Shown: positions 10,238 to 20,500 of the stretch, piece after piece
Layout: every line of letters begins with the position of its first letter
Numbering within the stretch: position 1 is the first letter of the stretch
Source: a virus
Length of the DNA stretch: 64,000 nt
Strand: one strand, 5' to 3'
Virus record (IMG/VR): IMGVR_UViG_3300025132_008118
The notes under the pieces: generated by a model
Told to the model about the DNA's origin: nothing
The model's input: the letters and a program-made list of their open reading frames with translations, nothing else
The model's database searches: none
Translations under genes and position numbers: made by a program

Positions 10238-10785
10238 ATTAAAATAAAAGCTAATACCGCTAGTCCAGCTCCTGTTTTTGAATCAAGGAATGAACCGGTT
10301 TTGTCTAAAAGTTCAACCCACCAAGATGGTTCTTTAGATGGGTATTTTTCTGCTAGATCGTCCGCTAAAGTCTTTTTCAAGCGAAGAATTTCTGACTCAG
10401 GAAGATCATCTCCCTTTTCTGCTATTTCAGCTAATCTAATTTCTTTTTCGTACTTCTTTTCAAAATCTACTTCATCATTAAACTCTTCTAACCTTTCCTT
10501 ATTTTTTCCTATAATATAATTTATAGCTTTACCTAAAATTCTAGCTCCTATAAATATCGAAGCAGTTACAGCAATACCTTCAAGAACAACTCCTGTAAAT
10601 TCTTTAATCTTTCCCCAGACGAACCCGGTCGGATCACTCACCACATCGAATACTCCCTTAGCCCCTTCAACTGGCGCAGTTCCCGCAGAAGCTGGGAAAG
10701 GCATAAACGGCATATACTCTAATAAAACTTTTTGAAACTCAGCTTCTGCTTTTGCATCTTCGTGAAACTCTTGAAAAGTTTTCAT
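10234..10785 (-). CDS. Candidate internal head protein with capsid-targeting sequence and hydrophobic helices
   Basis: N-terminus MKTFQEF resembles the T4 internal-protein CTS (MKTYQEF/MKTFKEF); two hydrophobic segments. Confidence 0.5.
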   Translation of the reverse strand: MKTFQEFHEDAKAEAEFQKVLLEYMPFMPFPASAGTAPVEGAKGVFDVVSDPTGFVWGKIKEFTGVVLEGIAVTASIFIGARILGKAINYIIGKNKERLEEFNDEVDFEKKYEKEIRLAEIAEKGDDLPESEILRLKKTLADDLAEKYPSKEPSWWVELLDKTGSFLDSKTGAGLAVLAFILI

Positions 10786-11366
10786 TAACCTTCAATTGGC
10801 ATATACTGCGAAGTATAATTTTCATTAACTGCAGGTGATTTAGTCGCTGGGGATGAAGGAATCTTAGTATTTTGTGTTGGATTTGACATTTCCGTTTTCT
10901 TAAGGCTATTACCTTGCTGTGTCATAGTTTGTTGCTGCTCTTCATTTTCTTCTGGTTCTTTAGGATCAATTTGCACTTTATTATGATACTCAGTATCAGG
11001 GTCTTTCGGTGTTCTGTTAATACCAGTATCAATAGGCTCTAGCATATCACTCGTAACGGTAACTTGGCCTTGCTGGTCAGTCAAACCATTAGCTATTTCT
11101 TTTGCTACTGTAATATAGAAAAAATTACCCCTATTATCACTATTGCCTGGGGCAGAGGAAGGGTATTCGGTAGATATACTTTTTACTTTATAATTACCTT
11201 CTGAGTCAAAATAGTCATCAATATATTTTTGTTGTTCTTTATTTTGGGATTTGTAGCCTTCTTTAGATTTATAATCGCTAGCTAATTTAACTAAACCACC
11301 AGTAGTAAAGCCGCTATTCATCTTTTTTTGAATATTTTCTATTAAATTTAAGAATTTTTTTGCCAT
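10785..11366 (-). CDS. Hypothetical late protein
   Basis: 193-aa ORF; TATAAATA 4 nt upstream of the ATG; low-complexity C-terminus. Confidence 0.65.
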   Translation of the reverse strand: MAKKFLNLIENIQKKMNSGFTTGGLVKLASDYKSKEGYKSQNKEQQKYIDDYFDSEGNYKVKSISTEYPSSAPGNSDNRGNFFYITVAKEIANGLTDQQGQVTVTSDMLEPIDTGINRTPKDPDTEYHNKVQIDPKEPEENEEQQQTMTQQGNSLKKTEMSNPTQNTKIPSSPATKSPAVNENYTSQYMPIEG

Positions 11367-11459
11367 AATATATTTATATTTATGTTGTCTAATAGTTTTT
11401 TCTATCTTTTTCCGGTGAAACTATATTAGTTTAAAAAAGTATCAGGTATAAATATTCAT

Positions 11460-11783
11460 ATGGCATGGTTGTTTACAGCAAGTACTATTATTATTAATCT
11501 ATCATCAGCCGCAAGTTACGGCTCATCAGAGTTTCCTGGTAATAATCCAACTATCAATTTATCATTAAATGCAAACTATGATATAAATATACTACCCAGT
11601 ACGTTTGATACCGCTATTAGAAATGGTATAAGTGATACAAGTGTTGTAACGGGGGTATATAACAACGATCCAACTTCCGGTATTACCAACAAAACTTTAA
11701 TGTGGACGCCTAAAATAGCAGGTACCTATTATTATGTAAATACTAATAACACATCTATTAACGGTCAAATTATAGTAAGCTAA
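11460..11783 (+). CDS. Small virion-associated beta protein (degenerate cupredoxin-like)
   Basis: TATAAATA upstream; C-terminal WTPKIAGTYYYVNTNNTSINGQIIVS. Confidence 0.5.
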   Translation: MAWLFTASTIIINLSSAASYGSSEFPGNNPTINLSLNANYDINILPSTFDTAIRNGISDTSVVTGVYNNDPTSGITNKTLMWTPKIAGTYYYVNTNNTSINGQIIVS

Positions 11784-14700
11784 TGAATATTGAAGAATTA
11801 AGAGAAAAATTATCAAAGGTAGATTTACTATCAGCATACCCATTCGTAAATGGTTATGGTATTTCCGCTAAAACTAATAAAGAAACAAATAATGATGAAC
11901 TAGTAGTTCAATTTAATGTATCAAAAAAACTTGATAGTTCATTAATATCTCAAGATTATTTTTTACCGAGCACTTTATCTGCTCATGGAATAGATATTAA
12001 AACTAAGGTTACCGGTCAGTCTAAGCCTTCAACAAAATTTGAGTTCGATTATTTACCAACTGAAGAAATTGATTATATTAAAAAAATAAGTAAGGATGAT
12101 ATTGATACCTTAATTGAAGTTAATGAAATTGAACATGAATTAATGTGTGATATGGGTCAAGATTTTTACGATGCATCCAAACTATACAAGGCAACATTAG
12201 TTAGTTATTTTAATGATCAAAGCACGATAAATGAAAATCATAAGAAATCAAGACCTTTATCTGGAGGTTCCTCATCAATATGGTATGATGGAGGTGGTGA
12301 TGCCACTTTAGGTATTTTGGCGAGGGATAAACAAGATAAATCCATTGTTGCTCTTTCAAATAGCCACGTTTACTCTGATGTACTATTATTAGGTGAAGAA
12401 GCAGCTAAGTATGGAAGAAATAATAATATGTTGTCTTTATCAGCAAGGCAGCCGGGTAGAAATAATTTTGGTAATTTAGATAAAACTGTCGACCATATAG
12501 GTATACCAAAAAGAACTAGTATACTTTCTTTCGATAATTCTAAAAACAATTTTGCTGACGCAGCTATTGTAGAATTATCTTCAACTGTCTTTGATGATAG
12601 TTCTAATTCAGTTATTTATTTTGAAGAAAAAGGACCATATGAATTTGCTACAAATCAAGAAATATATTCTATGGTTGATCCTGGGGCCCCTAATTACCAA
12701 AGCCCAGTTTTTAGAAGTGGTAGAACTTTAGGTCCACTTGGTTTTCCTGGCAATTTACACAAAAAGACAATATTAACAACGTTAAACTCATACAAACATC
12801 CAATTAATTTAACCCCGTTTTTATCAACATCTGACAGTACTAATATATTTAGCCAAGGTTTAAGTTCTATAACGGTAGGAGATACCACTGCTCTTGGCAC
12901 ACGACAAAATACCGGGCATATATTTTACCAAAGCAGAGATAGGACAAAAGTTTATATTACTGGTAGAAAACAAGGTTATATGTATAGAGCTGACTACCCA
13001 AGCGGGGGTGGATATGATATTTTTCCAAATCTTGCACTTTCTGCTGGGGATCAATTAGAATTAGCCATAGAAGATAATAATAAAATTAAAATTTTCGGTA
13101 CGTATGATGGAATGGAAGGAGCTTTCTATGTAAACGATAACGATCAAGTATTTTTTGGAGGTGCAAAACCTCATAATCATCAATATAAGTATGCCGGTCG
13201 TTATACTTTTCGAGAAATAGAGGATGGTTATGGGTATTCAGGGGTTGGTTTATCAGGTAATTTTGTACAACCCTGGACAGAATTAGTTTTAAACGACTCA
13301 GATATTACTACACCTGGTATTAAAAAAGTATATTTTAGTGAAAAGGTAAGTTATATTTTAACCAACAATAATAAACTTTTTGTAAGAGGTGGAAACTTTT
13401 TATATCGACACCCAGTGGGTATTGAAGGGGATGACGCAAACATCATTTACTATAAACATAACAACACTGGTGATTATTATGCAAATAACCCGGCGTTATC
13501 TTCGATTTGGTTAGGACATCAAACAAGTTACCAGTTGTATAATGGTGGTCAAGCAACGGGATACGGCTCGCAGGGAGATTTTTACCCCACGTTTACCCAA
13601 ATCCCTGGAGAATGGTTAGATTTTGCATGTGAGGCTAAGGGGTTATATAATAGTACTAGTCTTACTTTAGCTATATCAGCGAATAATAGATTATGTGCTG
13701 CATATCATACTATCAGTTTAAATGAAGGCCCGGACTACGATATTACCCCAGTTAGACCAACCGGAAGAATAATCCAAGGTTCACGAGTCAATTTGGGAGG
13801 TAGTTATATGATAGAGGGTTTGATTAATGATTTAATCGAGAATAGTTACGATGCTGTATTTTTATCTACCACAGGCGTCGCTTTAACATCAACACATGTT
13901 GAAACTTTGTGCAGTATGGCTTCATTTAATTTTACTGATAATGTTATACCAATTGTAATAGATGGGAATGAAGTATTCGTTAAAGAGATATTAACGAAAG
14001 AAAAGGGCATTGGCAGTCTTCCACAATATGGCGATCATTATCAAAGATATTTTGAACTGCCAGATTATACTAGTGAGCCCTGGGCTCGCTCTATTGGTTC
14101 CAACTTTCCGGTATACGGTATGCCCCGGAGGAAAGATTTCTCTACCGGTGAAGGTATTAATTTAATATCTGTAAATAATGAATTGATAAATTTGCAAGGT
14201 AGACGGGCAATGTTTGATAGAACCGGGGTTTTTAATAGTAATAACTCGGCGTTTTTAAGTGCCCATGGTGAACCAGTTATATGGAACGAAACATGTAAAA
14301 AGATTGCACCTATTACAAATAATACCGGTTACAGGCGTAATCCAGTGAATCCATTTTTTATATCTGGTGGAGATATTTTTATATACGGTGAAGCTAATTA
14401 TAATTTTTCTGACGCGTCGGTCCTCTGGAGCGAGTTTTGGAGCAAAGCTAATATTTTTGGAAATGATATTCAAGCTCCTTTGAGCGCCGTCTTGGTAGAT
14501 AACTTCCCGCCCCCGACGGCCACACCGGGACGGAGTCTGGCTAATGTTCAGGTTACAAATAATAGTAGTTTTAATCTAGAAAAGTATAGCTTTAAAAACG
14601 CTTTTAAATATGATAATTTTCCAAATTTTGACTTTATATCAGGATTTTTTAATGCCACGGATAACGGATACGTTGACGGTATTTGTAAATCTTCTATAGT

Positions 14701-15085
14701 TTTTTCTGACAATAACGGGGTTTCCGCTATTGGTTATAATGTTAATGATGAAATGCATTTAGAAGATATAAGATATAATAGTGATATAATCGTAGATTCA
14801 GTCGATTTTACGCAGCGCATCACTTTTAATACCGCGGTGCTAACTGTAAATAATAATTTTTCTATAAAATCAAAATTTGAAAGATTCCCGGTGACGAAGA
14901 GCGGTGATTCTGGTACTGCAGTATTCGGTTTATTAAGTTCCACAATACCAAGTTTGAGTACATGGAAATGCCTTGGTTTGGTATATGCCGGGCCGACACC
15001 CGCGAACAATGCGCCGGGTCTTTGCTGTTCTATAGAAAACATATCAAATGAACTAGATATTGAGTCATGGCAAGGAGGCATTTAA
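11783..15085 (+). CDS. Trypsin-like (S1, Nal1-type) serine protease with a large inserted domain
   Basis: RPLSGG, ATLG..ALSNSHV (His195), QPG, DAAI (Asp259), RSGRTLG, then ~700 aa later GDSGTAV (Ser1043) and LGLVYAG. Confidence 0.7.
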   Translation: MNIEELREKLSKVDLLSAYPFVNGYGISAKTNKETNNDELVVQFNVSKKLDSSLISQDYFLPSTLSAHGIDIKTKVTGQSKPSTKFEFDYLPTEEIDYIKKISKDDIDTLIEVNEIEHELMCDMGQDFYDASKLYKATLVSYFNDQSTINENHKKSRPLSGGSSSIWYDGGGDATLGILARDKQDKSIVALSNSHVYSDVLLLGEEAAKYGRNNNMLSLSARQPGRNNFGNLDKTVDHIGIPKRTSILSFDNSKNNFADAAIVELSSTVFDDSSNSVIYFEEKGPYEFATNQEIYSMVDPGAPNYQSPVFRSGRTLGPLGFPGNLHKKTILTTLNSYKHPINLTPFLSTSDSTNIFSQGLSSITVGDTTALGTRQNTGHIFYQSRDRTKVYITGRKQGYMYRADYPSGGGYDIFPNLALSAGDQLELAIEDNNKIKIFGTYDGMEGAFYVNDNDQVFFGGAKPHNHQYKYAGRYTFREIEDGYGYSGVGLSGNFVQPWTELVLNDSDITTPGIKKVYFSEKVSYILTNNNKLFVRGGNFLYRHPVGIEGDDANIIYYKHNNTGDYYANNPALSSIWLGHQTSYQLYNGGQATGYGSQGDFYPTFTQIPGEWLDFACEAKGLYNSTSLTLAISANNRLCAAYHTISLNEGPDYDITPVRPTGRIIQGSRVNLGGSYMIEGLINDLIENSYDAVFLSTTGVALTSTHVETLCSMASFNFTDNVIPIVIDGNEVFVKEILTKEKGIGSLPQYGDHYQRYFELPDYTSEPWARSIGSNFPVYGMPRRKDFSTGEGINLISVNNELINLQGRRAMFDRTGVFNSNNSAFLSAHGEPVIWNETCKKIAPITNNTGYRRNPVNPFFISGGDIFIYGEANYNFSDASVLWSEFWSKANIFGNDIQAPLSAVLVDNFPPPTATPGRSLANVQVTNNSSFNLEKYSFKNAFKYDNFPNFDFISGFFNATDNGYVDGICKSSIVFSDNNGVSAIGYNVNDEMHLEDIRYNSDIIVDSVDFTQRITFNTAVLTVNNNFSIKSKFERFPVTKSGDSGTAVFGLLSSTIPSLSTWKCLGLVYAGPTPANNAPGLCCSIENISNELDIESWQGGI

Positions 15086-17473
15086 ATGGGGACAAGAACT
15101 GACATAATTTCTTTAGATAATCAGACATCAAATGTCTATAGAGTTACTCTCTCTGGTAGAGAATATACTGCGGTAGGTGTTTCCAATGACCATGTTATAC
15201 AAAATGTAAGTACACCTGATACGAATTATAACCCAGGCGCACCAGACCCAGTATCAGAGCAAAGTTATAGTATTATACCGTTATCAGCTTCTGTAGATGA
15301 AGGTACATCTTTATCTGTTAGTATATCAACAACTAATGTTTTTAACGGCGCTGTATTATATTGGACCGTAACAAATGGTGGGGATTTTGTTATAAATACA
15401 GACCAAGTAACTATTACCAATAATTCAGGTCAATTTAATGTTACACCTATAGCTGACTTAACAACTGAAGGTCCTGAAACTTTTTATATAAATTTAAGGA
15501 CGGGTAGTAATAGTGGTCCTATTGTCGCTGTATCTAATGCATTAACAATTAATGATACAAGTATCACACCAGATCCACCTATACCTACATATGCAATAGC
15601 TGCAGATGAAGATAATGTTGATGAAGGCTCCGCATTAAATGTAACAGTTACAACTGAAAATGTTGCAAATAGTACAACTTTATATTGGGATACTGCATTA
15701 CTTGGACAAACCTCATCAACAGCGGATATTGTTCCTGCTGAGGGGGAAGTAATTATTAATAGTAATTCAGGTAGTATTATTGTAACGCCGGATGCGGATT
15801 CTTTAACTGAAGGCCTAGAATCATTTTTTGTATTATTAAAAACAGGTAGTAGTTCTGGACCGATAGTCGCTTCAACAGGCCTTATAACAATTAATGATAC
15901 CAGTACTGATGAGCCGACACCACCACCAGGAGAGCCAGAACCAGAAAGCCCTACACCTAGTCCCCCACCGGTAGCATCAGCCCTCGTCTCATCAGATGGT
16001 GATACAAATCAAACCAGTAATAATATAATTAATATATTTGCAAATTTTGATACCACAGCAGTAACAGACCCTGAAAGAGAATATTATAACTTGCCAAGAA
16101 ATGAATTACCTGTATTAAACCAGGTTACTGCTAGTACAAGAGTAGTAATAACTGAAAATGCTCCAATAGATAAGTTAGTATTTAGTACCACTGGTATTGA
16201 CGGCTACGGGTATAACGATACTACTTTTAATTTCGATACTAATTATTTTCAGAATCAAATTATATATTTTACCGTTAGAGTTAAAACGGTGAACAATTAC
16301 CCAGCCAAATATTTAAATAATTTAAATATTGGTAATGGTTCTACTAATGATACTATAACAATTGATTTAAAAGATGAAAATAATAACTCTTTAGCTGCTT
16401 CTATATCTAGTGATTTTGGTGTATTATCAGCAGATGTTGTTGGAGGATTTTTTAAAGGAGCTTTTCAGTATAATGGTTCTGCTAATAATGTAAAATTAAA
16501 AGCTAAAGCAACGTCAAATAATGTGCCGGTATTTGGTGAAAGTAATACTTTTAATATAGTGCCTGTTAGTGGTAGTAAGGAATTTCGTAAGATAAATGAA
16601 AATAACAATCAAAAAGATAATTTTATAAGTTATTTATACCAACCTAATTTAAGAGATAATCCTAGATTTTTTACAGATATAATAGGTCAAATAGTTGGCG
16701 ATGCAAATGACCCTAGTACCCTTGGGGTAAAGGTTTATGAGAAAATATCTAACTTTTTGCTGAATTCAAATGATATAGAATATGCAAATATAGATAATTT
16801 AATTAGTAACCTAAAACTAATTGATAGCAATGTTAATAAATTCTCAGAAAGCTACCCAGCAAGTCTAAAACGTATTGTCGATTTTTTCAGCGTTAACCGT
16901 TCAAAGATAATACCTATAAAAAATAAATTCAACCAAGACTTTAATAGTAAAGGTAGATCTGATAGCGGTCTAGGTAAAAATTTAGGTAGTGAAATAAAAT
17001 TATCAGATACCCTATCTGGCGGGGATAATTTTAAACCCATAGTAGCCTATGAAAAATTCAGTCAAAGATATTATATGCTTAATACTGACCCTACAAGTGG
17101 TTTTGATTTTAGATATTTAGGAAGTAATAAAACCTATCAAATATCATCGTATAATACAAACTGGGGTTGGGGGTTAGTTTTACCTGATGGAGTTGGAGAT
17201 TTTACATATATGCTTGATATTAGTGGTAATAATCTCGTTTTAGAAAACGGTTTTAGAATTTTAAATGAAGATAGAGGTTTAGATACTAATCAAATATCAA
17301 AATATTATACTTTTTTTGAATATATTTCAACGTCTAATAACAGTAATATATTTGCATTTTATGATGATGCTAATATAAATTCAAATAGTGACCTATCATC
17401 TTTAAGTGCAATTAATAATAGTATTGATGAAATTATATTAAAAGATATCTATTCAGGTACGAAATTAATTTAA
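15086..17473 (+). CDS. Virion structural protein with two Calx-beta/Ig-like repeats and a Pro-rich linker
   Basis: Repeats SVDEGTSLSVSISTTNV..G..LYW and NVDEGSALNVTVTTENV..S..LYW; PTPPPGEPEPESPTPSPPP linker. Confidence 0.6.
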   Translation: MGTRTDIISLDNQTSNVYRVTLSGREYTAVGVSNDHVIQNVSTPDTNYNPGAPDPVSEQSYSIIPLSASVDEGTSLSVSISTTNVFNGAVLYWTVTNGGDFVINTDQVTITNNSGQFNVTPIADLTTEGPETFYINLRTGSNSGPIVAVSNALTINDTSITPDPPIPTYAIAADEDNVDEGSALNVTVTTENVANSTTLYWDTALLGQTSSTADIVPAEGEVIINSNSGSIIVTPDADSLTEGLESFFVLLKTGSSSGPIVASTGLITINDTSTDEPTPPPGEPEPESPTPSPPPVASALVSSDGDTNQTSNNIINIFANFDTTAVTDPEREYYNLPRNELPVLNQVTASTRVVITENAPIDKLVFSTTGIDGYGYNDTTFNFDTNYFQNQIIYFTVRVKTVNNYPAKYLNNLNIGNGSTNDTITIDLKDENNNSLAASISSDFGVLSADVVGGFFKGAFQYNGSANNVKLKAKATSNNVPVFGESNTFNIVPVSGSKEFRKINENNNQKDNFISYLYQPNLRDNPRFFTDIIGQIVGDANDPSTLGVKVYEKISNFLLNSNDIEYANIDNLISNLKLIDSNVNKFSESYPASLKRIVDFFSVNRSKIIPIKNKFNQDFNSKGRSDSGLGKNLGSEIKLSDTLSGGDNFKPIVAYEKFSQRYYMLNTDPTSGFDFRYLGSNKTYQISSYNTNWGWGLVLPDGVGDFTYMLDISGNNLVLENGFRILNEDRGLDTNQISKYYTFFEYISTSNNSNIFAFYDDANINSNSDLSSLSAINNSIDEIILKDIYSGTKLI

Positions 17474-17546
17474 TTGAATTTTAATACTTTAGTTTTAAAT
17501 AGATATACGAAAATTGATATATAATTTTCATTATAAATATTAATAG

Positions 17547-20500
17547 ATGTCTTTATCTCCAACATATCAAAATTTAAGTGCTTTATCACCTCTTTATTTT
17601 AAAGATTCTGATGAAAAACTAGAATTTATTAATCAAGATAAATTTACATTGCAAGGTTTAAATTTAGTTACATATAATATTAATCAAAGTGCTAATGATA
17701 GTTTTATAAAAAATTACTCAGTAAACAATCTTATTAAAGATAAATCTTCTAGTGAAATTTTTAATTTAACTAGAAAAATAGATACACAAGATTTAAATAC
17801 AAAATTACATTTTAAATCTACCCAAAATTTATTAAGTGCGACATTTTTCTTACAGGTTCTTACTACAGAAGATGATAAAGAAACAGTAGCAACGTTTAAT
17901 ATTGATTTAGAAAATCTTAACGGTTCAAAATTTTTAGTAGATTTTGTAAATAAAGATTTTTGTACAGTATCTTTTTTCGACGGTAAAATTCCTAAATTTT
18001 TATATGATGCTAGCCGGGATGCATTAATTTTTAAATTTTTAAGTACTGAAAAAATACCATTAACATCGTTTTATTATTTTAATTATTTTTATGATAGTGA
18101 AAATAAAAAATTAAGATTATATAAAGATAATAACATAGTAACAACTGTAACAACAGTTTTAACTACTAATGCAAAAGCATTATCCACAGGGTCTGATGGT
18201 TATCAGTTTTTTGTTAATACATTATTATCAGCAGAAATAGATTCTATAGGATTATTACCATCAAATGAGGAAAGATTATCAAACGGTACTATAAGTGTAG
18301 GTAATGAAATTAAATTATTGAATAATGATAATATTGATCAATTTACATATTATGATTTTCAAGATAACTATAGATTATCGAACGATACAATTAGCGGAGT
18401 TAAATATGATTTTTTAACTTATTACACTTATTCAAATGTAATAACAGGTGATAAAAATTATGCTAATTTAAAGTTTTTTAACTTAAAAAATCATATATCT
18501 AACGATAATATCGCTTATGGCGGACCATTAGAAAATAGAGATGACAATTTAGAATATAGGGGTAGAGAATATCAAAATTTTACTAATCAAAAAAGTAAAG
18601 AAAAAGATTTTGATAATATATCTTTAAATTATACTTTTTTCGATAAAGAATATAAAATAGGGTCTAAAGACTACACAGCGTTTACATTACCAGGTGATCT
18701 ATTTCCTTTCCGAAAAATTAATATTAATGATACCGGACTTGCTACTAATGGATCATTTGCAGCAACAAGTCCGTATTTCAGCGATAAAGTATTCAAGCTA
18801 ACCGATACAAATAAAAATAAATTACAAAATAGTTTTATAGAAGATCAGGAATTTTTAGTATTGCAAAATGATGTAAGTTTATTTGTGTTGCAAAGTGGAG
18901 ATCTGTTAGGTTTTCAAAGTATAAATGATACACAGTCAAATGATATTTTCGGTGATTATTTATGTACATGGTTAAAAGGAGATGGAATAACTAAAGGTGT
19001 ATGGTTTGATAGATATTATCTACCTAAAGAAAATTCATATACAGTATCATTCTCCGGTAATTCAAATATTTTTAATAATACAACCCAAGCTGCTGAATTT
19101 TTTAAAAATAATGAAACCGATTTAGTTTATTATGACTTAAAGAGTAATATGACATTCGAACCAAGTGCATCATACGGTTATCAGCGAATTAATAATAAAC
19201 AAATTAATACTTATATCGATGGTCAAAAAGATAAGTTAATAAAAGATTCATTTAATATTCAAACATCAGCTGTACAGATGCAAGATATTAATGAAGTTAA
19301 TCTTAATGACACGAAAGGTTATGATAATTTAGATATACAAGCAATACCTAATAGAGACTTTAATATAGGTTTCGAATTAGAATTAGATTCTCTCTCATCT
19401 TTAGATTCATTTCAGCTAGCTGGTAATTTATATGAAGATGGTTTTGCTTTGAAAAATAACTTTTTCTTTACACCGTTTATATTTATACCACAAGGTAATG
19501 TGGTTCATATATATGATAATAATTTAAAGTTATTGAGATCAAATACATATAAAGATACAGAAAATATTTTAGATGTGCTTTATATAGAACAAAATAATAA
19601 TATAGTTCTAATTTGCGATAATAGGGTAATAAAAACTAATTATTTCGGTGAGATACTAAATGAAAGATTTCCGGATGACGGGTTTGCTAATAGTGCCCTT
19701 TTGTTGGAAATTATTAAATCATATAAAAGTAAAACATACTATGGTTATAATAATGTATTTTTTGTCAGTAACCAATATATAACTAATGATTTTCTTATAA
19801 ATTTCGATTTAAACAATCTTATACCCCTTCGGAGCTCGATTCTACAACAACAATATTTATCTGACCCGTTATCAGCTTCGTATGATAGTTTAGTACCAAC
19901 AGCGACTGGTAGTTATAGATTTCTTAATGGGGTTGAACCGAATAAATTAAACAATAATGTTGCATGTTCATTAGATAATGTTAACAGATTTATATCTAAG
20001 CAATTAATACCAGGTGAAGCCTTTTTAACAACATCATTATCATCCGAACTAAGTGGTGGTATAATACAAGGTCAGTCTTATGATGAAAATTATTATACCG
20101 TTATTCAAACTGCAACCGGTGAACCAACTTTTAATAGTTCATTTTTAACTTATTTTGACTTTATACAAGATGGGAGAGCTAGAATTGTTTTTGATAATTT
20201 AAACGTAGTTCAAAACGAAGACCCAATTTTAGATAGTATAAACGCTCAAATTTACGATATTAATTCGGTTAATGAAAGATTATTTGTACAATATGTAAAC
20301 TTAACAGCTGGTAAAGGGTTTGTGCAAGAGTTTACCCCAGAAAGATTTAAACTTTCAGCGTATGAACTAAGTGAAACGGTAAATACTGGTTATAAGATAG
20401 ATTTTCTTGAGGAAAATAAAGAATTAAAGATAATGTCATTTGCAAGAGACTTATCATCAAATATAGTTGTAGATAAGATAAACGCGACTACCGGTCAACT

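Noticed and set aside
12740-14800. Intein as the explanation for the protease insert
   Set aside because: No Cys/Ser-initiated block A, no terminal His-Asn followed by C/S/T, and no LAGLIDADG or Hint motifs were seen.
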